A stretch of 64,000 nt of DNA from Chrysemys picta bellii (GCF_011386835.1 NC_088813.1:10106001-10170000), one strand, 5' to 3'; counted from the stretch's first letter, positions 47,800-59,580 are shown. The notes: a model not told the origin generated them from the letters alone. A program made the numbers and translations.

Positions 47800-49268
47800 G
47801 AGTTGCTGCTGAACAGAGACTGTGCGACTCATTCATTAGAGCAATAGCAGAACCTTTATATTAGAACAGCCTCTTCTGTGCTCCTTTGTAACCTGGAGGC
47901 TGATTTCTCCTGCTGTCTGATCCTAAGCAAAATGTTAATATATTTTCTGGACTCTTTTGTAGCATGCAAGTCTTTCTGTTTTAACAATTGCTGTATGAGG
48001 AAGGGGTCCCAGTATCCCTGCCACCAGCTGAGGTCTTTGATCCTGTTTGTTTGGCAGGGGGAAGGTTAAGCTTCTACTGAGTGTTAACACTAATGCTGTA
48101 AGCAAGGCTGCTGTGCGTTTTGTTTCGGCTCCTGCAGTGAGATGTTTTCAGGTGAACTGTATGCAAGCAGGCTTGAGCTCATCTCTTAATCTCAGGAACA
48201 ACTGTAACTGTCTTCTAGAAAACTTACTACTGGTCCAGAGCATCATTCAGTCGATGGCATTTACACTGCACTCAAATGAAAACTTCCTGGGGCCAAATGA
48301 CCCTTTTGGTGGCCTTCACTGGACTAAGTGCTGAAGATAAAATGAAGACTTTTCTATAGAAGTAGTGAGACTAGCTGTGCTTTCTCTGTGTCAGGTGCTG
48401 CACAAAATGTGTAAAACCACACGCTAGGATGTGCGCCTCAAGCTCTGCTCCCTTCTCCAGTGATTAGCACTTGTGCTCTTTTTACCCACATGTACTTGGC
48501 TACACACTTCTCCACTGAGAGATGCCCTACCTTCCCCCTCAGGGCTTTGCACTGTGGCATGAAGAACTAATTAGCAGCAGGATCTGCTCAGGAAGCCTGT
48601 AGCCTGTGCCTGTTGACAGGGCCAGTTTATGCCACAGCTGTAGACTGTGACTATGTGGTGAGAGGAATGCAGAGTTCAGGTTTGTTTTCTTTACAGTTTG
48701 TTAGCATGAGCTCTGTGTTTAGAAAGCTCATTGCTGGCCTTTCCTGCATTGAAATCACCTAGACATCACCTCCTAACTAGTTTAGCACAGGCTACAACTA
48801 TAGCTTCTCTTCCTTCAATCAAACGTGCTTGTTAAAACAACACCTGCTAAACCTTGTACTTTCTTCTTTGTCTTGACAACTGCTTTACCCCTGGAATACC
48901 ATGGCAGAAAAGTACCAGCTGTAGGCTGAGCCCCTTGTAAACAAGGTTTAGAAACAGCCTGCGGGAAAGAGTTTGATCAATTATCTACTCCCCCGGTGCC
49001 ACTAAAATTAGTTTAAGGATGTACAGTAACTTCCATTTGTCACAAACCTCTGAGAGCCTCCTCGGCTAGGAGGCCTAGTCTGCATCCTCCACAGCCTGGC
49101 TCTGGGGGATATCATCCAGTGAGACTAGATGCCAGTTTCTCCCACAGAATGAACACACGGAACCTGATGCCTATTAATTTTTAACAATAGCTGGGCAAAT
49201 TCCTTTTAGGGTTTACTAAGCTAAGGCCTGATCAAGAAGTTTAACTCCATTTTCCAGCTTTTTAAAAA

Positions 49269-49511
49269 AAAGAACAGGAGTACTTGTGGCACCTTAGAGA
49301 CTAACAAATTTATTAGAGCCTAAGCTTTCATGGACTACAGCCCACTTCTTCGGATGCATATAGAATGGAACATATATATATATGCATCCGAAGAAGTGGG
49401 CTGTAGTCCACGAAAGCTTATGCTCTAATAAATTTGTTAGTCTCTAAGGTGCCACCAATACTCCTGTTCTTCTTTTTGCGGATACAGACTAACACGGCTG
49501 CTACTCTGAAA
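49269..49511. mobile_element. Head-to-head inverted Penelope-like element with hammerhead-like motifs
   Basis: 91-bp arms 49271-49361 / 49380-49470 (4 mismatches); TSD CCAGCTTTTTAAAAA at 49254-49268 and 49512-49526. Confidence 0.88.
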
Positions 49512-50279
49512 CCAGCTTTTTAAAAATCTATCTGTACAGCATGTAGCCCAATGGAGTCTGGCTGATGAGTGCTAATCCTAGGCCCTCTCATACAAAAATT
49601 TTAAACATGTAACACCCAACTATTTATTAGGGGAGGGGCAGAGCTCCTTTCTCAGGTAAATCTCTATTATTAAAGAAGCTTCTTGCCATCCTGTAGAAAT
49701 AAAGGGGTTGTATCTGTAAATAAAAGCTTGGTCCCCTGCATGACATGCCCCTGGCCAGCAGTGCGTGGGTGCTGTGTGAATGCTCCCCTCTTTCCAGCTG
49801 GACCAACCTGTGGAGAGGGCCACCTAGGTGCCTCTTACTCACTACTGGAGCTGTTACTTACAAGGGCATGGCTTCCCTGTGGGAGGGGGCTGAGGTCTGG
49901 CCTTAAGGCTGAGGGTGGATTATTGTTAAGGGTGTTTCACACCAGTGTGGTGGCTCTGCCTTAATGTTAAATTAATTAGCTTAGGGCTGTGGGGTGGGAA
50001 TGGAGCCCCACAGCGTTTAGGGTCCTGGATAAATAATTTTTTTTGGGGGGGGGTCTCTGTCCTGCACTTGAGCTATGGGCAGGCCTGGAAGCTAATAAAC
50101 AGCAAGACCAACTTAGTGCTTGAGCAGCATCGGAGCAGGCTGCTTGTTTCTCTTCCCCCCAGGCTGTATGGGGCGGGGGGTGGGGGGGCTCTCCCTAGGG
50201 CAAGGGGTGAAGCTGTGCTGTGCTAGCTCCTATGGCACCAGAGCCCCTGGGATTTCCCTATCTGCTTCCTTTTCCTACC

Positions 50280-50760
50280 TTCCCCCTGTGGCCGCCAGGG
50301 GGCGCTAATCTCCTAGTTCAGCCCTGTCCGGCGGGGGCGGTGCCTCATGAATATTTATTACGTTATTATAATGAGGACGTCGCGCTGACGATCCTGCGGC
50401 TCCCGGAACCTTCCCGCTCGCTTCCGCCCAGCCAGCCGGACCCGAGTAGCTGGGACACGCGCCGGAAGTGGCGGGAGGAGCCGCGGAGGTGAGGCTGCTC
50501 GGGGCGGGGGGGTCGTTGAGGGGGCTTCGGGCTCCGCCCGCCCGTTGCTCACACGGGGGTAGCGCGGCCTCCCTCTCCCCGCCCCTCCCCACCCCCCAGT
50601 GCCTCAGGGACAGGCTGGGAGCCGGGCGGGCATCTCCCCCGGGACGGGCCCCTCAGCGACCCCCCTCCCCACTGAGTGGGGCTGCGCCCCTCAGCCTCAG
50701 AGACCCCCGCCCCACTGACGGCCACTGCACCCCCCATCCCACAGAGACCCCCCAACCCCA
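50280..50760 (+). promoter_or_regulatory. GPN2 CpG-island promoter and probable non-coding exon 1 (donor after 50488)
   Basis: CpG-rich; ETS motif CCGGAAGTG 50462-50470; donor GAG|GTGAGG; matching acceptor at 52241. Confidence 0.72.
50289..50307 (+). promoter_or_regulatory. CTCF consensus site
   Basis: TGGCCGCCAGGGGGCGCTA, one substitution from the canonical TGGCCACCAGGGGGCGCTA. Confidence 0.7.
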
Positions 50761-50983
50761 CTGAACCCCAGAGACACCCCAAGTTCACAGGGTGTATTTA
50801 ATTTGAATAATGTGTACGAGGCTTTATTGTTTCATTCATAAACAGTAACGATAAATAGGGATACATATCGTAATGCGCTAAACATTGCATGTGATCATGT
50901 CAGAGATGCATAAAAGAAATGGTGAATTGCCTGTTTCAAATGAATGAACATTTACTTGGCCAGGGGTTATGATTGATACTCTT

Positions 50984-51024
50984 CCCCCCCCCCCCCCCCC
51001 CCCCCCCCCCCCACACACACACAC
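50984..51024. repeat. C29 homopolymer followed by (AC)n
   Basis: Uninterrupted C run 50984-51012, then acacacacacac. Confidence 0.9.
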
Positions 51025-51065
51025 TTTTTTCAGACTACTTTATGCACTGGCTTTGACCCTATTGG

Positions 51066-51299
51066 CAGGGCCGGCTCCAGGGTTTTGGCCGCCCCAAGCA
51101 GCCAAAACAAAACAAAAAACAAACAAACAAAAAGCTGCAATCGCGATCTGCGGCGGCAATTCGGTGGGAGGTCCTTCGCTCCCAGGCGGAGTGAGGGACC
51201 GTCCGCCGAATTGCCGCCGAATACCTGGACCTGCCGCCCCTCTCCGGAGCGGCCGCCCCAAGCACCTGCTTGAGAAGCTGGTGCCTGGAGCCGGCCCTG
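51066..51299. mobile_element. GC-rich non-autonomous hAT element
   Basis: TIR CAGGGCCGGCTCCAGG...CCTGGAGCCGGCCCTG; perfect 8-bp TSD CCTATTGG. Confidence 0.92.
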
Positions 51300-52263
51300 C
51301 CTATTGGACCCCTGGGCACCTGCTCCTTTCAGCCATCCAACCCCCTGCCCAGCCTTCCCCAGACCCTCAGCTCTCTAAGCTTCTCCAGATCTCCCAGACA
51401 TCTCATAATGTCCCTCGCTCTCTACCCTCAGTGGTCTAACCTCCCTCAGGTTCCCTCCCCAGGGGCCAAACCTCCCTTACCCACCTGCTTCCCCCGGGCC
51501 TCACCACCCCACTCTCTCATCCCTCTCCATTATCTCCCAGACCTCCTCCCCAGCCATGCTCCCATCAGTGACCCCACAAAGCTGAGCCTGGCCGTGAGGA
51601 GGTGTTACAGGCTCCAGGGCCTTAAATAATTGTGCTTTCTGCCCAGGGATTTTTCTCTTGGGTTTGATATTAATATTTTTACTAGCTTGAGAACCCTCTA
51701 CACTGACTTGACTTTGTGTCCCAAAATGAGATTGACCTCTGAATTATAACGTCAACCGAAAGCCATCTTCAGTGGAAAAATAAATTCCTCTGAACATCCA
51801 AGTGCAGGAATCCCTGTCATATTGCAAGGGTGATCGTAATGGGTGTGTCTGAGAGTAACAGTCCTAGACAGGCTGCAAGAACTTCAAAGGCACTCAACAT
51901 TTTGTAAGCAAGAATCTGAATCTCCTCCCTTCAGTGGCGTAGCCCTGTGTATTGTGGTTATTTTCTGCAGCTGGTTTGGGCCTGTGGACAGGCTGAGATA
52001 TTGCCTACTCCAGCGCCTGGAAGGGACTGGAGACTGTCCAGACAGGAAGGATAAAATGAGGTTTACTCCCCTGTCTTGGCATGGTCCCTCCATCCCGCTC
52101 AGGAGGTGGAAGGGGGGGTTTCACTCCATGATAGGCCCTCCCAGGTTTGATGATTACTTGGCAACTTCAGTTTTCAATGCATAATATTCCTATAAACACG
52201 AATAAAGGGCACCGTCTTAACCTTTTCCTTTCTCTTTCTAGGAGGAGAAAGAAATGAGCTGAC

Positions 52264-52677
52264 ATGTCAGAAAACCACGTGTCTTCCCTGGCCTTTGGCC
52301 AGGCAGTGATTGGGCCACCTGGCTCCGGGAAGACCACTTACTGCTTTGGCATGCAGGAATTCATGTCCAAGATTGGGCGGAAGGTGGCTGTGGTGAATTT
52401 GGACCCAGCCAATGAAGGGACTCCCTATCAGTGTGCTGTGGACATCTCAGAGCTTATCACCCTGGCTGATGTGATGGATAATCTGAAGCTGGGGCCCAAT
52501 GGCGGTTTGATCTATTGCATGGAGTACCTGGAAGCCAATTTTGACTGGCTGCAGGAAAAGCTGGCTAAACTCAAGGGTCATTACTTTTTGTTTGACTGCC
52601 CAGGGCAGGTAGAACTCTGCACCCACCATGGCGCATTGAAAAACGTCTTTGCACAGTTAGCTAAGTGGAACTTCAGG
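52264..52677 (+). CDS. GPN2: GPN-loop GTPase 2, first coding exon
   Basis: P-loop [22 protein letters not shown] (GPN loop), DCPGQVE; ..KWNFR|gtatgt. Confidence 0.97.
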
Positions 52678-54419
52678 GTATGTTTTGGGTTTTATTATAG
52701 TAATAAGATGGTTCAGCTCCCGTAGCTCTCGCATGTTTGCTGAATCATGTTTAAAAGTGTTACGTCTTGCAGATAGGCCTTATGAATCTGTGGACTGTCT
52801 GTAATAATTAATGATATGCTTTTGCTGTGTATTAGTCCATTCAGCCAAGTATATCAAAGCACTTTACAAAGGTAGGAAAGTATTTTGTGGGGAACAAGGC
52901 ACAAAGAGGACTTGCCCAAGGCCACCCAGCAAGTCAAAAGAATAGAATCCAGGGCTCTTCCCTCCCAGTCCTTTGTAGAAAGACACCAGGAGTAGAGCAA
53001 AGCTTACACATTGTAACTCGGTGAGCATTGTAGCTTGAGATAGGGAGGAATGTTTGTATTCCAGATTATTAGGGACCTGTAGGATTCTATCCCAAGAAAT
53101 TCAAATGATCTTTCAAGATGTGTAACTCAGATCTCATTCAGTTAACAAAAATTGTGGTGCAAATTGTATTTTAATGTGTTTGATGCAAACATTTACATTA
53201 ATTCAACATTCTTGTACACTGAAACACACAAGCCAGCAAATGCACAAGTGAAGGTTTCCATAATAAAACTAGCTTGCTCACATTACATATCTCATACTTT
53301 GGATTACTGGCTAGACCATTAATGTATAACCAGTATACAGGACAATCAAGGAAGGTAAGGTAATTTTACTTGAGAACCTTATTTAGAATCTTAACTTTTG
53401 CATTTGTGTGTGTGTTCAAATAAACAAATGTGACGTTGCATTCACATAGTTTTTGTATTTAATTTTTATCCTTTTTGAAAAAAGAAAAATCACTATAGAG
53501 TTGCGTAGTTGAGTTCTTGTGCAGGTCCATAAGCTTCAGTACTCTATAGATACAGGAAAAAATGTAGCTGTTGACACAATTGAACTCTGTAATATGGAGC
53601 TATACATTTGTGCAATTTCGTAGTATGACAGGTAGTAACATAACTAAAATCCTAAACCAGTCTGTTTCATATGTATGAAAAATTATTAATCAAATTGTTT
53701 ATAAATTTATTAACTCTTTCACAAACCACACTGACTGTTCATCCTACAGAAGTTTGATGTTCTAAAATTACTGTTGTTGAGTTATTTTGGGGGGTGAATT
53801 TTTCTATGGGAAAGGTAAAAAAAATTGCATATAGTCCAGTAATTCAAAACTGGATTTAACACGGACTTCCATCACCTTTGGGCTGAGACCAAGCATGGAA
53901 AGTTTCATCCCCAAAGGAAAGAAATTCCAAGCAAGTGAATAGAGGGGCTGAAGAGGAAGAAGAGTTGCAACTTTAACAGTCCCTCTTGTTGGTGGTGAAA
54001 GTTTGGCACATCTATAACATTTTTTCATTCTTAGATACTAAAGTACTTTATAAAAGTGGGTCAATATCATTATCCCCATTGTACACATGAGGAAACTGAG
54101 TCATAGCAAAGTGATTTTCACAAGATCATTCAGCAAATCAGTGACAAACGTGGGAAAACAATCCAGGTCTCCCCACTCTTTGGTTAACATACTATACAGT
54201 GGATCATGCGTAGTGGTCACAAGTATACAAATAAGTATATGAAACATCTAGGGAGAACTTGGCTGACGTTTTTTTTCTGCTTAGAACTGCTGAGGGCTGG
54301 ATGCCTCTATCTTTCTCCTGTGTCCCAGATTTGCCTTAGTGACTTCTGCATATTTGCATAGGCAGATTCTGCCCTGCCTCTAATTTTTGCACTATTTCTC
54401 TCTTGTTTCCATTTTGCAG

Positions 54420-54576
54420 TTGGCTGCAGTTCATTTGGTGGATTCTCACTACTGCACAGACCCTGGAAAGTTCATCTCCGTTCTTTGCACCTCCCTCTCA
54501 ACCATGCTGCATGTGGAATTGCCCCACGTCAACGTCCTCTCTAAGATGGACCTGATAGAACAGTATGGCAAGCTGG
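54420..54576 (+). CDS. GPN2: GPN2 coding exon 2
   Basis: [52 protein letters not shown]. Confidence 0.96.
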
Positions 54577-55693
54577 GTAAGCGCCTTTGGGAAGGGGGCC
54601 TGGGTGGAAGGAAAATGAGGCCCCTGCAAAGGAGTTGTGGAGCTGACTCTTATCACAGAGAAACTAACCTCCTGATAATCAGCAACTTGGGGATGATGGA
54701 GAGGGAAAGTATATCACATCTCCCTGAGTTCTTGGTGAAATGTTCTGGCCTGTGCAGTTAGCTGTGTGCATGAGTACTCTCATAAGCACTTTCAAAGCCA
54801 GTCATTAAGAAAAAGGAGATCCTGAAGTGGCCCTAGGTTCCATTCGCTGGCAGACTTGTCTGTGCTTTCTTCTGCCTTTTCTGTTCCATCCAATCATCAG
54901 CTTCCTCTCTCTGCCATTTCACACAGCCTCACTGCTCTCGGGGCTAAATTCAGAGAGCTGAAGTGAGTCTAAGCTGGTGTAGCTTGCACCTTTAACGTAT
55001 ATTTTAAACCAACTTAAACTCAGTAGGCCAAATTCAGCGGTGATGCGTGAGGTGGGGGTGTTCATTGTACATTGGCGGGTGGGTGCGAATCTGAACCTGT
55101 TGCAGTAACTTATTTGCTGAGGCGTCTGGAAGTAGTTGCACCTGCCATCATTCTAGATGTGATTAGATCCACCTGCTCTCCCCTTTCTAGCCCCTGCCAT
55201 CTGGAACAGCCTCGCTCCATCTCTCCACCTCTCTTTACATCTCCTCTGAAGATGTATCTTCTCGCTCATCTTCACATCTCATTCCTTCCCTGCTCCATGT
55301 CACTTTGTATTTGACTCTAAAAGCAAACTGCGATATAGTTTGTGTGAGACGCTACACAAAATAGTCATATTGTACCTGTTGGGGAAACTCTCAGTACTGG
55401 AGCCTCTCGTGCCAGTGGGATTGCTGGGGAGCTGACTGACTCAACCCTCTATGGGGGCAGAGACATGCTGTTCACCGGGCTTTGTTGCGTATTCTCATTT
55501 GATGGTAGGGTGGCATTGGAGCCTTTGAAGAGGGCGCTTGCCCTGCTAGCCACACAGAGGAGTTAATGTTGTCACAGAGCATGTTCAGATAGCAAAGAAA
55601 GGGGTGGGCCAGGACCCCCACCTCCAAACCCATAGGAAAAATGCAGACCCTGGAAGCTAGTCCTGAAGCTGCTTCTCTTGTCTTTCCTTGCAG

Positions 55694-55854
55694 CCTTCAA
55701 CCTGGATTATTACACCGAGGTTCTGGATCTCTCTTACCTCGTAGACCATTTAGCCACCGATCCATTCTTCAAGAACTACCGTCGCCTCAATGAGAAGTTG
55801 GTGGAGGTGATTGAGGACTACAGCCTGGTCTCCTTTGTTCCACTCAATGTCCAG
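55694..55854 (+). CDS. GPN2: GPN2 coding exon 3
   Basis: (A)[29 protein letters not shown]|gtaac. Confidence 0.96.
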
Positions 55855-56169
55855 GTAACCCAGCTTGAGGTGTGGGGGGGTTGGAAATGACAAGGAACGT
55901 TTTGCAGGTAGCTTTCTGATTCATTAACTGCCTAGATTAAGTTTGTGGGCTTCTAAAGGGAGCTCTGTTCTCCCAGTGAGCACTGCAAAAATAAAATCTC
56001 GTGTCACTGCCCATGTTGTTTTTTTCCAGACTTTGGCTGTTTCGAGTAGACTAGTAATTTCACAGCTTGATTTCTGTAGCCTTGAATAAGCATATTTATA
56101 TGGCTCTCATATTAAAAAAACAACAACCCCGTATTACCCAGGCAGGTACAGGTATTAAGTCCAAGTTTA

Positions 56170-56690
56170 TTGAGTGCCTTTGATAATGGTCTAGAAAAGG
56201 GCTTTGGGAGACTAACGAAACTCAAATGGTACTAAACTTAAAGGAATTGCGAACCCTGGTCAGGACACAGAAATAGAGAAGGGAGGTATAGAGAGTGAAC
56301 ACTTGAGCAGAAAAGAGAAAAATACAGCTAATATATCAGGGTGGGGAGGGAATCCAAAATATCAGATACTCGGTAGTATGGAGAAAGCCAGGAGGCTATA
56401 ATACTGAGAGACACATGGGGTGAAAATGGAGAGCAAATCAGGCCTGAATTTATAAATGCAGTGTGGCAGCAAAAATACAGCTAATGCAGTTTAGGGATGC
56501 ATAGGCATTGCATCATGGAGCAGGGAATTAAGGATCCCCCTCTACGCAGTTGTCTTGTAACTATATCTGGGATTCTGCATTCATTGCTGGGCACTACAGC
56601 ACCTGAAATATGGCAATAAATTTGCAGCAAGCGAAGAGCAACAAAAATAATTAGACAGGAGGAATAATTTTAGAAGGAAGGATTAAAAGG
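56170..56690 (+). mobile_element. Old, degenerate CR1 RT remnant
   Basis: Decayed similarity to the CR1 ORF2 C-terminus (..gctaatgcagtttagggatgcatagg..atccccctctac..gcgaagagcaacaaaaataattag..). Confidence 0.55.
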
Positions 56691-58139
56691 AGTTAATCCT
56701 TTGTTTACTAGAGTTGTTTAAGTGACAATAGGGGAAGATACAAATGTTTGAAGGGAGCAGGAGGGAGAGGAATTATTTCTATAGCATTTCGCCTGTTGAA
56801 AGCACTGTGCAGGCATTGGTATCACCCAGCACCACTTATAGGTTAAGTTTGTAGGTATTGTTATCCCTATCTTATGGACAGACTGGGAAACTGAAGCACC
56901 GAGGGCCTGATTCAACTCTCATTGAAGTCAATGGAAAAACTCCCATTGACTTCTTTGGGCACATAGGGTTGGACCTGGAGATGGGAAGTAACTTGCCCAA
57001 GGCCACGCAGCAAGTCAGTGGCAAAGCCCAGTTTGCATCTTTGGACCTCTTGACCTTCAATCCTGCACTCGTTCCTCCAGATCACACTGCTTTTGCAGCA
57101 AAACCCTCCTGACAGTGGGGTGTGGAAGGCTGTGGAGGACGCGTCCCGTGACAGTGGTGGAAGCCTCATTACTTGGACTTTTAAAACTAGACTGAACAAA
57201 TCCCTAATTATAGAGAATAGTTTTGTACTGGAAGGAGACAGTTCTTCAGGTCCCAAGATCGGCACGTCTTTTTTCCCCTCTGATGTCTATGATACAGCAC
57301 GTTACTTTCTTTAAAGTGTTTTCCGCCCATTAATCCTCATACATTAATCCTCATGCTCTGTGATGTAGGTCAGGGTAAGGGTCATTCACTGCATTTTAGA
57401 GATAGGGACGTTCAGGCAAGGTTAGGTTACTTGCACAGGAGGGAGTCATCATTAGAGTTCTGACTGGAATTCAGGAGTTGCTGACATATAGTGCCCTGCT
57501 CTAGCCACTAAACCGCTTCCTGTAGATCACTGAAGTCTTCAGGGGAAATGGAGATTTTATTTCAAGTCTAGGCTGCAGAGCATCCTCGACGTAGGTCCAG
57601 AGCAACTGCCCTATTTAGGCCAGGTTCTCTTAAAAGATGGCCAAGTCCATCCGTTATATTGTAAGCCCTTTGCTGCAGGGATCTGTCTGTTGTTTTTTCT
57701 GTGAAACATCTGCTATGCGTTTGGGGGCTATTAAAATAACAGTTCATTAGTTCATGTTGGCATTTTGGCTGTTATGTGAGTCGAGCCAGCACCCAAGGGC
57801 TGGAATTCTGAGCCCTCGTATGCTGCTCCTCAAGTGAAAGAATACACAACGCAGCTGCTGCAATTTCCCCCATCTCGCTCCCTCTCCCCCCCTCAGAAGC
57901 CCTGAACCTCACATTCGCTGATGTTGGGAGCTGCGCACAGATCTCATTTCTTCCTAAGAAAGAAATCACGTTCCAGGGAGAATTGTGAGGCTTTCCTCTT
58001 CTCTCCCGAGGCTGAGCATACGGCTATGGCATTGCACCCACCCCGGCTAGCTCGGTCTGCTTGGCTGTTTTTTCTTCTTAATGCTCTGTTAAAGCTGCTG
58101 CTTCTCATTTTCACCCCCACCGTGTGTCACTCTTCCCAG

Positions 58140-58270
58140 GACAAGGAGAGTATGCGACGGGTGATGCAGGCAGTGGACAAAGCCAACGGCTACTCCTTCG
58201 GAGACTTGGAGCAGAGAAGCCTGGAAGTCCTGATGTCTGCAGCAGTGGGAGCTGATTTCCACTTCACATC
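58140..58270 (+). CDS. GPN2: GPN2 coding exon 4
   Basis: [43 protein letters not shown](S)|GTATCCTT. Confidence 0.95.
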
Positions 58271-58813
58271 GTATCCTTTCAGCTGCTCTTCTCTCCTGTA
58301 TGGAGTCTTGAACTCGGATATGTGGCTCTGGGGATTTCATATAGGCCTGTCTTCTCAAGGTCTGAATTCAGGCCAAGTTATTAGTACCGTTATCTGATGC
58401 TGTTTAATGGCATGTGTACAACGAGTTGTTAGGATTGGAGTTGAGACCTATCGGACAAGTGTCCACATCAAACCCACCACAGCCACATTTGGCACTAATT
58501 GGGATCTTAATTGTGGGGATGTCACTGACTGCATCTCTGTAATTCATGCTCACTGGGCTCGTTCCTTCCACAGAGCGTAATTAATTAATTTGAATTAATG
58601 CCACTTTGTTTGGAGCTTGTTTGGACCAGCAAGAACTATAAATGCATTTGAATGTTGCATCTTCTTACCAGTGCTACTAGTTCCCATGTTAGCTTTCAGG
58701 CTAATGTTGGAGTCTATTCTCCGATGAGAAGGTTAGAGCTCCTCTGTCTCATAGGGTGCTTTGAACACCAGTCCTTCTTGCTGTCTTGTTTTCCTTGATT
58801 CCTGGATGATCAG
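58271..58813 (+). other. U12-type (minor spliceosome) GT-AG intron
   Basis: 5'SS GTATCCTTT; branch motif TTCCTTGAT at 58791-58799; no polypyrimidine tract before the AG. Confidence 0.85.
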
Positions 58814-58886
58814 TACACTTGCAGTCCAGGAGAAGTATGTGCAGCCTCAGGAGAAAACCGTGGAACAGGAAGCAATGGAAATATAA
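58814..58886 (+). CDS. GPN2: GPN2 last coding exon
   Basis: cag|T ACA..; TLAVQEKYVQPQEKTVEQEAMEI*, matching recalled human [23 protein letters not shown]. Confidence 0.93.
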
Positions 58887-59580
58887 TGCTCCTGTATCTT
58901 TCAGCAGGCTCGTAGTGGAAGGAGCTCCGTTCCAGTTTTAAATGTGTCTCATCTCTTCCCAGCAGGAGCATGAGGGACCCTCTGTGTAGTGTGACTCGGA
59001 CCTGGTACTTTCTGGGCAGAAGGCCAGCTGTTAGGTTCCCTCTTTGTATGAATGCAGTCCTGTGTCTGGATCTCGGTGTGTATGAGCTATGTTTTTCTGG
59101 GTGACAATGAGATCAGGACCTCCATAGCTGAGTGCAGGACAAATTCAAGATCTCCTTACAGGAACCAGAGGGAATCTTCACCTGATCCGGGACATCAGCA
59201 GCAGAAGAAAACAACCTCTCTGTACAGCAGACAAGACATAGGTGCCCACTTTTGCCAAGTCTCATCCCTCACCACCATGGCCAAGGCTATGTCTCAAGTG
59301 AAAGACAAATCAGCATCTACTGCAGTGAATGAATGGAGCTCCTTCTTGTGGTATGAATTCTCCATGTATTGAATGGGACCTCTGTGCATTCTCACAGTGA
59401 GGAGTATCCACTCCTTAGAGAGCCAGCTACCTGTCCGTTCATCCCTGGGGGGAGGAGAGGTGTGAGGGGTTTTGTTTGTTTGTTTTTAATTATCAGCTCT
59501 TTCTTAACAAAAACACTTCTCCACCCCTTAGTTTCACCCTGTACTTCTGAGTTTGCTACGAACTCCCCTGAAGTGGAGAA

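Larger units (their letters stand above)
52264..58886 (+). other. GPN2: GPN2 gene model, 5 coding exons, 936 nt, 311 aa
   Basis: join(52264..52677,54420..54576,55694..55854,58140..58270,58814..58886); continuous frame. Confidence 0.96.

Noticed and set aside
49271-49470. Repeat-spacer-like pattern suggesting CRISPR
   Set aside because: The repeats are inverted rather than direct, there is no array periodicity or cas gene, and the context is eukaryotic.
50969-51629. ORFs of 156 and 119 aa in the GPN2 5' intron
   Set aside because: Built from a poly-C run, a hAT element and C-rich low-complexity sequence.
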